Source of the DNA: Candidatus Yanofskybacteria bacterium
Lineage (GTDB): Bacteria; Patescibacteriota; Minisyncoccia; 2-02-FULL-40-12; GWA2-44-9
Reading direction: 5' to 3'
Length of the DNA: 64,000 nt
Assembly: GCA_003151795.1 (NCBI GenBank)
Contig: PLYL01000005.1
Coordinates: 1,011-65,010, forward strand
Shown: in pieces, positions 62,784 through 64,000 of the stretch
Layout of the letters: every line of letters begins with the position of its first letter
Numbering within the stretch: position 1 is the stretch's first letter
Notes under the pieces: generated by a model
Database searches by the model: none
What the model was told of the DNA's origin: nothing
Seen by the model: only the letters and a program-made list of their open reading frames with translations
Made by a program: the position numbers and the translations under genes

Positions 62784-64000
62784 ATGATTTCGGGGATGAC
62801 TCATCAGGAGATACGGGAAAAATTTCTTCAATATTTTAAATCGAAAGGGCACACCGTTGTGCCGTCTTCGTCATTATTGCCGAGCGACGCTTCGGTACTG
62901 TTTACGACTGCTGGCATGCAGCAATTCAAAGAATATTACACTCATCCCGAAAAAGCTCCAGCTCAAAACGTCGTTTCAATTCAGAAATGTCTTCGGACTT
63001 CCGATATTGATGAAGTTGGCGATGAATCGCATCTTACCTTCTTCGAGATGCTCGGTAACTTTTCTTTTGGCGGATATTGGAAAAAAGAAGCCATTGAATA
63101 TGCTCATGAATTTATTACAAGTCCCGAATGGATGAATTTAAAAATTGATTATGTTTCCGTATTTGCGGGCGAGGATGGCGTGCCCGCCGACGAAGAATCA
63201 GAAAAAATCTGGAAATCACTCGATTCTTCATTGGAAGTTAAACGTGCTGCCCGAAGCGATAATTTCTGGGGACCAACTGGTTTAGAAGGCCCGTGCGGAC
63301 CCACGACTGAGATTTATGTAAACGGAGTTGAAGTCTGGAACATTGTTTTTAATGAATATTATCTGCCGATGGTGAGTCATGCCATGGGTGAGAATGAGTC
63401 CTTTGCCGAATTTGAAGAAAGAATAAATAAAGAGCAATGGAGTGAGATACAGAAATTAAAAATTCAAGGCATCGATACTGGCATGGGCTTGGAACGTCTC
63501 GCTATGATGGTTCAAGAAAAAAAGAATATCTTTGAAACAGATCTTTTTGAGCCTCTTACTTCCTTGTTGCCCCAAGCTCAGCGAACAAGCCGTATCATTG
63601 CTGATCACGCCCGCGCCGCCGCCTTCCTCATCTCTGAAGGTGTTACGCCTTCTAATAAAGACCAAGGTTATGTCTTGCGTAGATTATTACGCCGAATAAT
63701 CGTTCAAGCTCATCTGTCACAAATAGACGCAAAAACTATATACGATGTATTAAGCAAAGTAGTAGATGTTTATGGTAAAGAGTATCCTGAGTTTAAGAAC
63801 GAAAAGATTGCCTCAGTTTTTAACGCCGAAGACGCAAAATTTGAAAAGACATTCAGAAATGGTTTAAAAGTTTTACAGAATGAGATGCACGTCAGAGATT
63901 ATGTGCCTGGGCAAGATATGATAATGGATGATTTAAGTTCCGTTGAAGGGGCTACGGGCATGGTGCCGGGATTTACCCCATTTAAGATCACAGCAGAGTG
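62784..64000 (+). CDS. alaS: Alanine--tRNA ligase, N-terminal part (3' partial, runs off window)
   Basis: Manual translation (M)THQEIREKFLQYFKSKGHTVVPSSSLLP...FTTAGMQQFK...SIQKCLRTSDIDEVG...HLTFFEMLGNFSFGGYW matches AlaS class II motifs. The frame is open to the window end, so it is absent from the ORF track. Confidence 0.8.
   Translation, partial: MISGMTHQEIREKFLQYFKSKGHTVVPSSSLLPSDASVLFTTAGMQQFKEYYTHPEKAPAQNVVSIQKCLRTSDIDEVGDESHLTFFEMLGNFSFGGYWKKEAIEYAHEFITSPEWMNLKIDYVSVFAGEDGVPADEESEKIWKSLDSSLEVKRAARSDNFWGPTGLEGPCGPTTEIYVNGVEVWNIVFNEYYLPMVSHAMGENESFAEFEERINKEQWSEIQKLKIQGIDTGMGLERLAMMVQEKKNIFETDLFEPLTSLLPQAQRTSRIIADHARAAAFLISEGVTPSNKDQGYVLRRLLRRIIVQAHLSQIDAKTIYDVLSKVVDVYGKEYPEFKNEKIASVFNAEDAKFEKTFRNGLKVLQNEMHVRDYVPGQDMIMDDLSSVEGATGMVPGFTPFKITAE

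Noticed and set aside
1-64000. CRISPR arrays, rRNA genes, transposases and integrases
   Set aside because: I saw no regularly spaced direct repeats, no 16S/23S/5S signatures and no DDE/tyrosine-recombinase-like ORFs while reading the window. The mobile signals are limited to composition islands and small repeats.

Overview
This 64-kb window is a gene-dense bacterial chromosomal segment, about 50% GC with several AT-rich islands. The gene content points to a small-genome monoderm, possibly a Patescibacteria/CPR-like organism, but that is an inference. Supporting content: a sortase with LPXTG/LPNAG substrates, bifunctional PGI/PMI, iPGM, RNase Y, Obg, HU, RarA, MnmA, AlaS, a DEAD-box helicase, and many small membrane or secreted hypotheticals. 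I support about 60 CDSs from the sequence and four tRNAs: Gly-TCC, Pro-TGG and Arg-TCT on the minus strand, and His-GTG on the plus strand. I also support several intrinsic terminators and sigma70-like promoters. Notable modules:
(1) Two paralogous HlyD-adaptor/ABC-ATPase/FtsX-permease efflux operons (15336-18843 and 21832-25495) flank a flavin module: an FMN_bind protein with a DxxSGAT flavinylation motif, an ApbE flavin transferase, and a polytopic membrane protein fused to an FNR-like FAD/NAD(P) reductase.
(2) An AT-rich island at 26.05-27.85 kb carries an orphan YADD reverse transcriptase. It is preceded by an operator-like inverted repeat, a canonical promoter, a strong SD, a 39-codon double-CxxCxGxG mini-ORF, about 150 nt of untranslated sequence and a GC hairpin. 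This looks like a candidate RT plus ncRNA (retron/DRT-like) unit. It is the best candidate for an undescribed system.
(3) A dispersed family of three hairpin elements shares the core CCCGCA(C/T)ATAAC...GTTATGTGCGGG. Each sits between the stop codon of one gene and the start codon of the next gene, which encodes an exported or membrane protein.
(4) mnmA carries three in-frame palindromic insertions, including a perfect 23-bp stem hairpin and a perfect 24-nt palindrome.
(5) An ~85-bp direct duplication of the 5' end of a GIY-YIG nuclease gene flanks an AT-rich NYN-domain gene.
(6) An AT-rich two-gene island (ClpP-fold SDH-like peptidase plus a TM protein) lies next to a GC-rich cysteine-rich two-gene operon and a lone UvrD/PD-(D/E)xK helicase-nuclease.
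(7) A perfect 42-bp palindrome sits at a convergent gene junction.
I found no CRISPR array, rRNA, transposase or integrase.
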